A stretch of 64,000 nt of DNA from Bradymonadia bacterium (GTDB lineage Bacteria; Myxococcota_A; Bradymonadia; UBA7976; UBA1532). A program made the position numbers and the translations under genes. This document shows, piece after piece, positions 28,040 to 37,487 of this stretch. The notes below the pieces were generated by a model, which worked only from the letters and a program-made list of their open reading frames with translations, made no database searches and had not been told where the DNA came from. Position 1 is the first letter of the stretch. The number at the start of each line of letters is the position of its first letter. The stretch spans positions 265,491-329,490 of the forward strand of contig JBKAGE010000038.1 of NCBI GenBank assembly GCA_046290225.1, written 5' to 3'.

Positions 28040-30160
28040 ATGCGTAATCTTCGATGGACCATCCCCGCCCTCGCACTGAGCACCGGCCTCGGCCTGAGCG
28101 CCTGTGGCGACAAGGGTGGCAAGACCGACGGTAAGACGGGTGGCGACAAGGGCCAGACGGCTCAGGGCCAGAAGGCTGGTGGCGAGAAGAAGGGTGGCGG
28201 CGCCATGGCCACCGAGCAGGCGGTCTTCGCCGTCGCCAACGACATCGTCAAGGCCATCCCCAAGGATGCCAAGCTCGCCTTCGTCACCACCGACTTCACG
28301 CAGATCGCCTCGGCGCTCGGTCGTGACGGCCTCATCAAGGCCTTCCCCGTCGAGTACGGTCAGATGCGCAAGGAGATGTCGGAGATCTATGGCGATCGCG
28401 ACATCCTCGACCCTGCGGCCTGGGCCGAGATGGGCCTCGACGCCTCCAAGCCCATGGCTGTGGCCATGCTCGACACCAAGTACGAGAGCATCGCCGCCTA
28501 CCTGCCCCTCACCGACGGGGCGAAGTTCGACGGCTTCGTGGGGCCCATCCTCGACAAGGCCGGCGCCCCCGCCGCCAAGCCCGGCTCCGCCGTACGGGCC
28601 ATGAAGGACAACAACAAGGAGACGTGGCAGCGGGCCTATTTGATCCGCAAGGGCAACCTCGCCATCACCCTCTACACCCGGGCATCGGATGCAGAGGCCA
28701 CGGCCATGGCGGAGAAGATCGCCACCCTCACCCCCGAGGCCTCCCTGAGCAGCAACGGCGATGCCTCCGGCGCCTTCGCCGCTCTGAAGTATGGCAAGCA
28801 CGCCAGCCTCTGGATCGATCTCATGGGCATGATCAACCAGCCCTACGACATCGAGTCCCAGTTCGGGGTCAAGCACGCCCGCGAGGAGCTCGCGAAGGCC
28901 GAGGCCGACAAAGATGAGACCCGCATCGCCTCGGCGAAGCGCCAGCTCGAGCAGGAGCTCGAGTTCACCAAGATGCGGGCCGACTTCCACGCCAAGGAGA
29001 TGAAGATCCTCGGCACCGCCTTCAAGGGGCTCAAGGGCCTCGTTCTCGGCGCCACCACCGAGGGGCCCATGGTGGGCTTCAAGGGCAGCGTCGAGTTCGA
29101 CAAGGGTGCCCCCCTCAAGGGCATCTTCAAGAAGGGCGACGGCGTGCCCATGCTGGTGCAGGCCCTCGACACCAAGCCCATCTTCATGGGCGTGGGCAAC
29201 ATCGACATCAAGGGCCTCGAGGCCTACATCGACACCATCATCGCCGCCACCGGCCAGCCCATGACCCTCGCGCAGGGCAAGGCCATGGTGGAGCCCATGA
29301 TCGGGTTCAAGATCGACGATGTCCTGGCCCTGATCCACGGCGAGGCGGGCTTCGCCGTCACCTACGACGTCTCCAAGATGTCCACGGATGATCCGCAAAA
29401 GGCCTTCGGCGGCGCCGGCACCCTGCGCCTCACCGATGGCAAGAAGTTCCTCGAGACCGTCAACACGCTGCTGGCGAACCCTGCGCTGAAGGGCGCCCCC
29501 ATCAAGAGCGTCGGCGAGGGCATGTGGGAGATCCCCGTGCCCGAGTTCAAGCCTGTCTACGTCGGCATCGTGGGCAACTACCTCGCCGCGAGCCCCGACA
29601 AGGGCTTCCTGGAGCGGTTGAAGGCCGGCGACGGCAGCAAGAGCTTCACCAACCAGCTCAGCCACCCTGGCCTCAAGAGCACCTTGAACACTGCCGACGC
29701 CAGCCAGATCTGGCTCAACGACACCACCCTCATGGGCTACCTGATGCTGAGCGTCGGCTACTGGGATCGCCCGGCCCCCTACAACAGCAACCCCTCCCCC
29801 GAGTTCACCGCGAAGCTCAAGGAGTACGAGGCTGCTCAGGCTGCGGCGAAGGCTCAGCGCGAGAAGGACCAGATGGCCTCCACCAAGGAGATGAGCGTGC
29901 TGATGGGCTTCATCGGCACCCAGGCCGGCACCGTCTCCCTCACCGATCGGGGCATCGAGCTCGCCGGCGGCCAGTACCTCGGCGCCAAGGATCTCGCCGA
30001 CACCATCTTGAAGGTCATCCAGAAGGCCATGGCCATGGAGAAGATGGAGCGCGAGCAGCGCAACGCCCGCCGGCCCCTCGAGGAGAAGGTGGACAACCTC
30101 TACAACGAGCTGAGCAACATGAACGGCAACAACATGCCTCAGCCCTCCAAGGGCTTCTGA
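28040..30160 (+). CDS. Lipoprotein, hypothetical (DUF3352-like architecture possible)
   Basis: AGGAGGAGG precedes ATG 28040; lipobox GLSAC; very strong GC3 bias. Confidence 0.75.
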   Translation: MRNLRWTIPALALSTGLGLSACGDKGGKTDGKTGGDKGQTAQGQKAGGEKKGGGAMATEQAVFAVANDIVKAIPKDAKLAFVTTDFTQIASALGRDGLIKAFPVEYGQMRKEMSEIYGDRDILDPAAWAEMGLDASKPMAVAMLDTKYESIAAYLPLTDGAKFDGFVGPILDKAGAPAAKPGSAVRAMKDNNKETWQRAYLIRKGNLAITLYTRASDAEATAMAEKIATLTPEASLSSNGDASGAFAALKYGKHASLWIDLMGMINQPYDIESQFGVKHAREELAKAEADKDETRIASAKRQLEQELEFTKMRADFHAKEMKILGTAFKGLKGLVLGATTEGPMVGFKGSVEFDKGAPLKGIFKKGDGVPMLVQALDTKPIFMGVGNIDIKGLEAYIDTIIAATGQPMTLAQGKAMVEPMIGFKIDDVLALIHGEAGFAVTYDVSKMSTDDPQKAFGGAGTLRLTDGKKFLETVNTLLANPALKGAPIKSVGEGMWEIPVPEFKPVYVGIVGNYLAASPDKGFLERLKAGDGSKSFTNQLSHPGLKSTLNTADASQIWLNDTTLMGYLMLSVGYWDRPAPYNSNPSPEFTAKLKEYEAAQAAAKAQREKDQMASTKEMSVLMGFIGTQAGTVSLTDRGIELAGGQYLGAKDLADTILKVIQKAMAMEKMEREQRNARRPLEEKVDNLYNELSNMNGNNMPQPSKGF

Positions 30161-30161
30161 T

Positions 30162-30206
30162 TCAGGGGCCCCGCGCTGGGGCTTTCTGGCTCAAGCCCCC
30201 CCCTGA
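30162..30206. terminator. Possible hairpin terminator between convergent genes
   Basis: TCAGGG...GGGGCTT-loop-AAGCCCC-CCCTGA nested stem; no U-tract. Confidence 0.35.
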
Positions 30207-30221
30207 GTCAAGGCGCTCTGC

Positions 30222-31712
30222 TCAGTACCAGAGGGCCTTGAGCTCCCCCACCGCCTGCTTGACCCGCTCTGGGGTCAGCCTCGCCATGTCCATCAGATCG
30301 AGCACGAACTTCACCGCGGTCCGCGGGTTGGTGAACGAGCCATCTGAGAGACCATTGAAGATCAAATCACCGATGAGGCCCGCCAGTGGCTCCACCCGAG
30401 GCAGCAGCTTGGGGTGACGCTCGGCGTAGATCTGCACGATGCGCCGGGCCATGGCCCGATAGTCCTCGGTGTTCAGGGGGGACAGCTCGGTGAGTCGATG
30501 ACTCGGCATCATCTCTGTGAGCAGCGTCTCCCCTTCGGCAGTGGGGGTCATGGCCATGACTGTGTAGAGCGGACAATCCCCCGGGAACCGATGGGGCAGT
30601 GACTTCATGGCGCCTCGGCCACCCTTGGGCTCGGCCTCGGGGGCAAAGGGCAGCTCGTCAGGGGGCAGCGAAGCCGCCACGAGGGCCCGGAACAGGCGCT
30701 CGGCGAAGCGCCTGTTCTCGGCGCCGAGCACACGGAACAGCTCCCCCTCATCGAGCAGGATCACCAGCCCCTTGTAGCCCGCGCAACGGCACAGCCCCGC
30801 CACCCCGCTGATGAGGTGGGCATAGATGTGAGCCCAGGGGCGATAGTCCATCATCGCCGGCAACGCCCGCTTGTTGTAGAGGCTGAACCGGCGGTTCATC
30901 GCCGGGGTGTGCTCCTGGGGCGCCCCTTCGAGCCATTCGATGACCGAGGCGGCCTCTTCTTCGTCGATGCGGGCGAGCAGCTTCAACGCCGGCGTCAGGT
31001 AGGGGTGGGGCACGACCGGATCGAGGAACCGGGTGTTCAGGCTCGCCGACTCCGTGGCCAGCGCCCGCTCCAGGAGAGGCTGCAGGCCGCGCCCCCCCTC
31101 CCCCTGGCCGTCGATGGCGGGGTGGCGCAGGCTCTTCATGAGCCCGCGGTACACCCGGCGGGGGTTGCTCGCAGGCACGTCGACGGGATCGAGAGAGACC
31201 ATCCCCACGGCAAAGCCTGCATCGAGGGCGCGGGCGGCGATGCACTCGAGCAGGTGTGTCTTGCCGGTGCCATAGTCGCCGAGAAACACCCGCGCGGCGC
31301 CGCGGGCTTCTTCGGGGCTGTCGATGCAGGCCTTCAGATCTGCGTCGATGCGCGCCAGCTCTCGATCGCGGCCCACAGTGTAGAGTTCGAGGCCTCGGGC
31401 AGGCACTGTGCCCAAGCGCAACGCCTCGAGCAGCTGCAGACGATCTCGGGACAAATCGGGTGCGGTGAAGTCACCGGGCGGCTCTGGTGGCGCGCTGGGC
31501 TCGGGCTCTGGCGGCAGGCCACCTTGAGGGATGAGCTGGCCTACGGGCAGCTGGATGTCCACGCGGCCCAGATCGTCGAAGCGGACGAGGGCAGCGCGGC
31601 CCGCCCGCACCAGACGCACCACCTCGCCGGCGCCATGGATACGATGGGTAATGCGATCTCCGGGCTGCAACACCCGCCGGGGTGAGGCTTCAGAAGTCGT
31701 CAAAGCCATCAT
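30222..31712 (-). CDS. BrxD/DUF2791-like P-loop ATPase with N-terminal SH3/Tudor-like domain
   Basis: LEALRLGTVP..GL...TVGR; Walker A GDYGTGKTH; Walker B GYKGLVILLDEGE; NPRTAVK. Confidence 0.82.
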   Translation of the reverse strand: MMALTTSEASPRRVLQPGDRITHRIHGAGEVVRLVRAGRAALVRFDDLGRVDIQLPVGQLIPQGGLPPEPEPSAPPEPPGDFTAPDLSRDRLQLLEALRLGTVPARGLELYTVGRDRELARIDADLKACIDSPEEARGAARVFLGDYGTGKTHLLECIAARALDAGFAVGMVSLDPVDVPASNPRRVYRGLMKSLRHPAIDGQGEGGRGLQPLLERALATESASLNTRFLDPVVPHPYLTPALKLLARIDEEEAASVIEWLEGAPQEHTPAMNRRFSLYNKRALPAMMDYRPWAHIYAHLISGVAGLCRCAGYKGLVILLDEGELFRVLGAENRRFAERLFRALVAASLPPDELPFAPEAEPKGGRGAMKSLPHRFPGDCPLYTVMAMTPTAEGETLLTEMMPSHRLTELSPLNTEDYRAMARRIVQIYAERHPKLLPRVEPLAGLIGDLIFNGLSDGSFTNPRTAVKFVLDLMDMARLTPERVKQAVGELKALWY

Positions 31713-33012
31713 CCTCTTCGTCGGCGTCGAGCAGCGTCTGGGCGCCCCCCATCACCCGCGCCCCAGCGTCGACGGCGTCGATTTGAGTCTCACCCGAGAG
31801 CGCCTGCTCCGTGAGCAACGCCACCCACGACTTCACGAAGATGCGCCGGTGGCTCACCTCGAACTGGGCCTCAGAGGCCTCTTCGGCGAGGGCCCGCAGG
31901 TTTCGGCCCTGCACCTCAGGGTCGAAGCGCCGTTTTCGGGCGATGGAGAAGACCTCCAGAATTCGGGCCCCGATGGCCTCGAGCAGCTTCGCAGGGGGCA
32001 GGTCGAGGGCCTCGAGATCGATGAGGGCCGACTGCGGGCTGGTCACCGAGAGGGGCACGGGGCTCGACAGCCGCTGCTGCAGCGCGGGGTACTCGGGCAC
32101 CACGTTCCGCAAAAACTCCGGCGGCACGGCGTAGGCCACCATGACCCCCGGCAGCGCCGACTTGCCGCACAGATCCACCATCTCCCGCAGATTGTCCGTG
32201 AGGCGGGTGCGGTTGCGGGTGGTGGCCCCGATGCTCAGGTTGCGGTCGAGCTCGTCGAAGAGCAGCACGGTGCCGGTGAACTCGAGGCCCTTGAGGGCCT
32301 GACACACACCCCGCAGCATGGCGAAGGCGTTGCTCTTGGTGATCGATTCGAAGACCCCCACCTCGCGGTGACTGCTCGGCGGCACCTCTTCACCGAGCAG
32401 CCAGGCGGCGAGTACATCTTGCTTGCGCAGATCGTCGTCGAGCACCGCGAGGCCATACTCGGAGATGGCGTTGCGCAGAGAAGGGCTCTCCACAGGCAGG
32501 TTGCGCACGGTGCGGTAGAGCCACGCCCGGACCGCCCGATCGCCGTGCTCGTCCCGACGGGCCTCCACGAGATCCCGCAGCAGATCGGGCAGCCCCGTGG
32601 TGGGCAGCAGCGGCTCGTCACCGGGGGGCGGCGCCCGCAGGGCCTTCACCACGGCCCGATAGACCGCCAGGGGCTCGTGGAACGGACACTCGGAGGGCGA
32701 GAGCCCCACATAGGCGCTGGCATAGCCCGAGGCCCAGGCGAGATCTCGCAGGCACATCAGGAAGTGGGTCTTGCCTCCGCCGTAGTAGGCCTGCACCAGC
32801 TTGAAGGTGGATCCCCCGGCAGGGAGCAGCATGTCGAGATACTCGTCGCGGATCACGTCGAGGTAGGTGTGGTTGCCCACGTTGATGTGAGCCACACCAC
32901 GCTCTGGAGGTGTACCCGTCTCTCCGAGGCTCTGGATGATGCGCATGGCCTGGGGCCTGGAGAGCGCGTCTACGGCGTCGGTGGCTGTTGCTACGTGAAT
33001 GTCATCGCCCAT
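31690..33012 (-). CDS. BrxD/DUF2791-like P-loop ATPase
   Basis: IIQSLGETGTPP..GV..INVG; Walker A AYYGGGKTH; Walker B VLLFDELD; YPALQQRL. Confidence 0.82.
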   Translation of the reverse strand: MGDDIHVATATDAVDALSRPQAMRIIQSLGETGTPPERGVAHINVGNHTYLDVIRDEYLDMLLPAGGSTFKLVQAYYGGGKTHFLMCLRDLAWASGYASAYVGLSPSECPFHEPLAVYRAVVKALRAPPPGDEPLLPTTGLPDLLRDLVEARRDEHGDRAVRAWLYRTVRNLPVESPSLRNAISEYGLAVLDDDLRKQDVLAAWLLGEEVPPSSHREVGVFESITKSNAFAMLRGVCQALKGLEFTGTVLLFDELDRNLSIGATTRNRTRLTDNLREMVDLCGKSALPGVMVAYAVPPEFLRNVVPEYPALQQRLSSPVPLSVTSPQSALIDLEALDLPPAKLLEAIGARILEVFSIARKRRFDPEVQGRNLRALAEEASEAQFEVSHRRIFVKSWVALLTEQALSGETQIDAVDAGARVMGGAQTLLDADEEDDGFDDF

Positions 33013-33013
33013 C

Positions 33014-33868
33014 TCAGGCTCCTGTCCGCTTGAGGGTGAACGACAGGTAGTACTGACCGCCTCCGGGGCCAGACTCCAAGAACAGCACCTTCTTCTTTTG
33101 AGAGGCAGAGCCTGCGGTGGCGGTGCCCAGCACGATGCGCCATCCGCCTTGCTCCAAGGCTCGAGCTTTCTGCAGCTGATCGAGCTCCCAGGCGAGGCGC
33201 GCCCGGGTCACGGTGATCAGTCGGCGTGGATCCTGTCGCTTCCAGAAAGCGTCGCTCTGCCGCGCCGGCAACAGCTCGGGGATGAGATCGACGAGGAACA
33301 CACGCTCACCCCCTGGCAATGACTTGCGGCCGAGGAGGGCTCGATAGGCCCCGGTGATCTGCTCGAAGACCTCTGCGGCGTCGAAGCCCCCCGAGGTGAG
33401 CTCGGCCATGGCCTTGCCCACCCCGCTGACCAGCGCTCGGGGCTCTGCTGAGACCTCCGTCAGGGGCTCTCGGGCGTAGCAAACCTTCGCCACGCCCTTG
33501 TCGAGATCGAGCACCGCCGTGGCCTCTCCAAGGCGCACCTCGCTCTGGGTGAGCCGGGCGAAGGCCACCCCCTGGCTCTGCGCCTCGGCCTTGAGTCCGT
33601 TGAGGAACTGCATGCGCCAGGCCCCGCGGGCTTGCTCTATGGCCCCCTTGAGGGCATCGACGGTGGCCTGCTCGATGGGGGCGCAGGACAACGCGGAGAG
33701 GGCGTCGAGGGCCTTGAGCGCCGCCACGGGCGAAGTGGCGGGATCACCGACGGCCTTGAGGGCCTTTTCGGCGGCGGTGGCGGCCTTCAGGGCCTGCTTC
33801 ACCGCATCTCGGGCCTCGCCCCAGAGGGTCGCGAGATCGCCGTCTTGGGGAGGGTGAGCTGAGGTCAA
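33014..33868 (-). CDS. Hypothetical protein, first gene of the ATPase operon
   Basis: AGGAG lies 7 nt before TTG 33868; helical N-terminus; 1-bp gap to the next gene. Confidence 0.75.
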   Translation of the reverse strand: MTSAHPPQDGDLATLWGEARDAVKQALKAATAAEKALKAVGDPATSPVAALKALDALSALSCAPIEQATVDALKGAIEQARGAWRMQFLNGLKAEAQSQGVAFARLTQSEVRLGEATAVLDLDKGVAKVCYAREPLTEVSAEPRALVSGVGKAMAELTSGGFDAAEVFEQITGAYRALLGRKSLPGGERVFLVDLIPELLPARQSDAFWKRQDPRRLITVTRARLAWELDQLQKARALEQGGWRIVLGTATAGSASQKKKVLFLESGPGGGQYYLSFTLKRTGA

Positions 33869-34079
33869 TGAGATACTCCTGGGCCGTGATTGCCGGCGCA
33901 CGGCCTGTGAAGGCTCACCGCGTCCTTCGCGCGTTGCACTCTGGACGCGGTGTTTTGAGATCTGGGATTTGGAATCAGGGGTTGAAAGAGGTGGTATAGG
34001 AATCTTGCGGCGTGATCCAGCGTCACTTGGACACCTCGTTTTGAAGCCCGGAACACCACGCACCATTCATTGAGAGCCC

Positions 34080-35384
34080 ATGCCTGAGATCAATCCCGTC
34101 GTCGAGCTCTGGGCTCGGGACTTCTCCCCAGATGTCGTGCGCTGCCTCGCGGTTGCGTGTGGGACCCCCACCCGCGGGCCGAAGCGGCGCTTGCCCATCA
34201 CCACGGTGGCCAAAAGGTGTGTCGAGGCCCTCCTCGCCGAGGGCCCCGACGAGCTGGTCCCCCACATGGAGCCGGGTGATCGAGAGCTGCTGCGCCAGGT
34301 CCTCGGCCACACCGCCGAGACCCTCGGCCCTGCAGATCCCTTTCGGGCAAGCTGGGCCGCGCTGCAGCGCATGGCTCCGCCAGAGCCCGTGAAGCCTGCG
34401 GCCCGCACGCCCGACGGCACCGCTGACGACCTGGTCGTGGTTCTGCAAGGCGGGCTCACGTGTCATGCACACCCCCTGCCCCACAGCGCCCGGTTGCTGG
34501 TTCATGGTCGAGAGGTGGCTGCACAAGTGGAGGCGCCGAAGGTCTTCGACGCCCTCAGAGGCAAGAAGCTCTGGCTGCCCTCTCAATGGCGCGAGACGCC
34601 GGAGCGCACCCTCGACCGCTTCACCGAATGCCTCGAAGGCCCTGACTTCACTCAGCGGCGTCTGCGGGCCCGCGCCTGGCCGCGGTTGTTGTCGCTGCTG
34701 CCCATGGTGCAGCCCGTGAGCAAGGTGAGCTTCGCCCTGGGAGAAGAAGGCGAGCGGCTCAAGGGCTGGACCCCACGGCAGCTGCTGCGGCTGGTCTTCT
34801 CGTCCTGGCTGCGGCACGACGATTACGATGGTCTCGAGTCTCTGATTCGAGTGAGCGAGCGCGACGAGATCGTCGATCTCACGGGGATCACCACAGCGCC
34901 TTTGCGGCGGCTCAAAGCAGTGGGCGCGCTCAAGCTGCTGCCTGTGGGTCAGTGGGTAGATATGGCGCGGTTTCTCGAACACGCCTATGCCCTCGACATG
35001 TTGCCTCAGGTGGCGCCCAACATGGTGATCTGGGGCTACGACCCAGGGCGCTGGATGGCGTTCCGTCTGCCCCCGGATGATCCCCGTGGGCCTCTCTACC
35101 GACTCACGGCCCCTTTCATGCTCACGGTGCTCTTCGAGGTGATGGCCACCCTCGGGATCATCGACGTGGCCTGGCTCCGGGGCGGGCTGGGCATCTTCCG
35201 ACGCCACGACATGGTGTCGTACCCCGACATCAAGCGGGCACAGCCATACGATCGGCTGACGCACGTTCGGCTGACAGAGTTGGGGGCCTGGTTGCTGGAT
35301 CCCTACAACGGGGTCCCAGAGGCATCAGGTGAGGCAGGAGGCGGCGCCGGAGATCTGGACGCCCTCGCGGACTTGCTGCTCTGA
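34080..35384 (+). CDS. Hypothetical protein, weak resemblance to helicase-associated-domain proteins
   Basis: LFEVMATLGIIDVAW...YDRLTHVRLTELGAWLL; resemblance recalled from memory only. Confidence 0.55.
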   Translation: MPEINPVVELWARDFSPDVVRCLAVACGTPTRGPKRRLPITTVAKRCVEALLAEGPDELVPHMEPGDRELLRQVLGHTAETLGPADPFRASWAALQRMAPPEPVKPAARTPDGTADDLVVVLQGGLTCHAHPLPHSARLLVHGREVAAQVEAPKVFDALRGKKLWLPSQWRETPERTLDRFTECLEGPDFTQRRLRARAWPRLLSLLPMVQPVSKVSFALGEEGERLKGWTPRQLLRLVFSSWLRHDDYDGLESLIRVSERDEIVDLTGITTAPLRRLKAVGALKLLPVGQWVDMARFLEHAYALDMLPQVAPNMVIWGYDPGRWMAFRLPPDDPRGPLYRLTAPFMLTVLFEVMATLGIIDVAWLRGGLGIFRRHDMVSYPDIKRAQPYDRLTHVRLTELGAWLLDPYNGVPEASGEAGGGAGDLDALADLLL

Positions 35385-35387
35385 ACG

Positions 35388-36047
35388 TCAGCGCAGGGTG
35401 CCCTGATCGAGGCGGGCGCAGGCCACCGCATATTGTGCGGCGGTCTCGTCGGCGACAGCCTTGAGGTTCCCCTTGCGGATCTTGCGATGCGCGCGTTTCG
35501 CCTTCTTGAACAGCGCCTTGGAGAGGGCCTCTTCGCTGAGGTGCTTCTTGCTCCGTTTGCACATGGTCTCGGCCCAGGTGCCCATGTCAGCCCGCACCTC
35601 GTCGAGCGGGTCGATGTCCTCGCCCCCGTTGGCCACCTGATTCAGGTAGCGGGCGAAGGCCCCCGGTGACGAGACCTTGGTGACCCCCTTCACCTCGAAG
35701 CGGCTGGTGCATTGTGCGGTGATCGAGTCGCTCTGTTTGCGCACCGAGCGCCCCACGGACTTGGCCATCTGGCCCTTGAGCACCACCCACACCTCGCTGG
35801 CGCCGGCGTCACGGCCGTTGATGTTCAGGCTTTCTACCCGCATCAGATCGCCCGAGGAGGGCTTCCCGTTGGTGTCCCGATCCCAGAGGCTGCCCTGCAG
35901 CACATAGCGCCGCTTGCCCGCCTTGAAACTGTGACTGATGTCGGACCACTGAATCTGCCCGAGCTCTTTGGGACAGACTGGAGGGGCCGTCATCACTGGG
36001 GGGCTGCTCAACCCCGCCCACAACATGCCCGCCAACCAGATACTCAT
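35388..36047 (-). CDS. Secreted hypothetical protein
   Basis: GGAGGTG precedes ATG 36047; hydrophobic N-terminus; DRDTNG loop. Confidence 0.6.
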   Translation of the reverse strand: MSIWLAGMLWAGLSSPPVMTAPPVCPKELGQIQWSDISHSFKAGKRRYVLQGSLWDRDTNGKPSSGDLMRVESLNINGRDAGASEVWVVLKGQMAKSVGRSVRKQSDSITAQCTSRFEVKGVTKVSSPGAFARYLNQVANGGEDIDPLDEVRADMGTWAETMCKRSKKHLSEEALSKALFKKAKRAHRKIRKGNLKAVADETAAQYAVACARLDQGTLR

Positions 36048-36252
36048 ATCACCTCCTGTAGGCGCTCGAGACACGCCCTCGGTGTGCATACGCTACAACA
36101 AGCGTGCCATTCAACAGAGCTGGGATTTGATGAGGCAGGTCGACGGTTACGCCCGCGATGGCGCTGTACGCAGACGAGGGTGGGGTCAGGGTTGGAGACA
36201 GCGGTGGGGCCATCGGTCCGAGACCCGGAGGTCTCACTCCATGGCGGGTGGA

Positions 36253-37278
36253 TCAGCCCTCTGAGGGCGTCCCACCAGCGGCGAGCACAGGATCAACGAG
36301 CAGTTTCTTCTCCACAGGGGCCTCTTCTGCAGGAGCCTCTTCTACAGGGGCAGATTCAGCAGCAGCCTCAGGCGCAGCAGGGGTCACCGGCGGCGCGTCG
36401 GGGAGCACCTCGGCGAGGGGTTTCGGCGGTGCGGCGTCGGCGGCGCGGGCCTCGGCAGTCCGGCTGGCCTCGGCAGCCTGCGCCTCTGCGGCGACGGCGT
36501 CGCGGGCCTCACCCTTGAGGGCCTCGAGCTTGTGGGCATAGGCCTGCTCGCGGCCCTTGTCCTTGTCGACGAGGGCTTCGTACTGCTGCTGCAGGATCTT
36601 GTAGGCCTTCCGCTCGGAGCGCAGGTGATGCTGCATGTCCCGGACGGCGGCCTCGGCCTTGTTGACCTCGCTGGCCCGGCGCTTCTCGGCGCCGCGGGCG
36701 TCACGCTCCGCTTTCTCTACGCGGGCCTTCAGGGCGTCGCGCTCGCTGGTGACGCCGTCGAGCTTCTCCTCGAGGCGCTGCAGCTTGAGATCGTCGTTCG
36801 AGCGACGGGGGCGAGGCGCTGGTGCAGGCTCGGGCCGAGGTGCCGGTGCAGCCTGGACCTTGGGGGCCGGAGCAGCCGAGGCCAGCTTGCGCTCGGCCTC
36901 CATGCGGCCGGCGAGGGCTTCCTCCGCAGCATCCTTGGCCTCGAGCATGGCCTTGCGCATTGTCTCGAGCTCGGCGGTGAGGCTGGCGTTCTTCTTCTCG
37001 CCCTGAGCAGCCTTCTCTTCGGCGGCAGCCCGACCCTGCTGGGCCTGCTGCACCTTCTTCTCGGCCTTCTTCCTGGCCTGGCGGGCATCGGCGAGGGCCT
37101 GCTCGTGATCACTGGCCTTGTTGTTGGCCTTGCTCTTCGCCTTGCCCTTGGACTTCTGCTGTGCCTCAGCGAGGGCGCTCTCGGCATCAGCCAGTTTGCG
37201 GTTGGCCTCGTCGAGGGCCTGGCTCAGCTCGTCGTACTTCGCTTTGGCCACACCACCGAACAGCTCTGCCAGACCCAT
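36253..37278 (-). CDS. Coiled-coil, Ala/Glu/Lys-rich hypothetical protein
   Basis: Long heptad-like helices with Pro/Ala linkers; GAGG precedes the start. Confidence 0.75.
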   Translation of the reverse strand: MGLAELFGGVAKAKYDELSQALDEANRKLADAESALAEAQQKSKGKAKSKANNKASDHEQALADARQARKKAEKKVQQAQQGRAAAEEKAAQGEKKNASLTAELETMRKAMLEAKDAAEEALAGRMEAERKLASAAPAPKVQAAPAPRPEPAPAPRPRRSNDDLKLQRLEEKLDGVTSERDALKARVEKAERDARGAEKRRASEVNKAEAAVRDMQHHLRSERKAYKILQQQYEALVDKDKGREQAYAHKLEALKGEARDAVAAEAQAAEASRTAEARAADAAPPKPLAEVLPDAPPVTPAAPEAAAESAPVEEAPAEEAPVEKKLLVDPVLAAGGTPSEG

Positions 37279-37487
37279 ATTCGACCGCCTCTCTCAACAA
37301 GATCTGATATACGGTTGACACACGCTCGCCCACTGCACACCCAGATGTGTGCCGTGGCGCAAGGCGGCGAACGATAACCATGAAACCTGCCCAGGGCAAG
37401 AGTGCTGGAGCAGCGACGGATGAATCGTCTGCAGCCTTGACGTCGGCGGCTCGCCGGTGATGATCGGCGCGGTCCGGAGGCCCCTCG

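Noticed and set aside
30222..33868. Calling the locus BREX or Shango
   Set aside because: No pglX, pglZ, pglW, Lhr-type helicase or TerB-like gene lies nearby.
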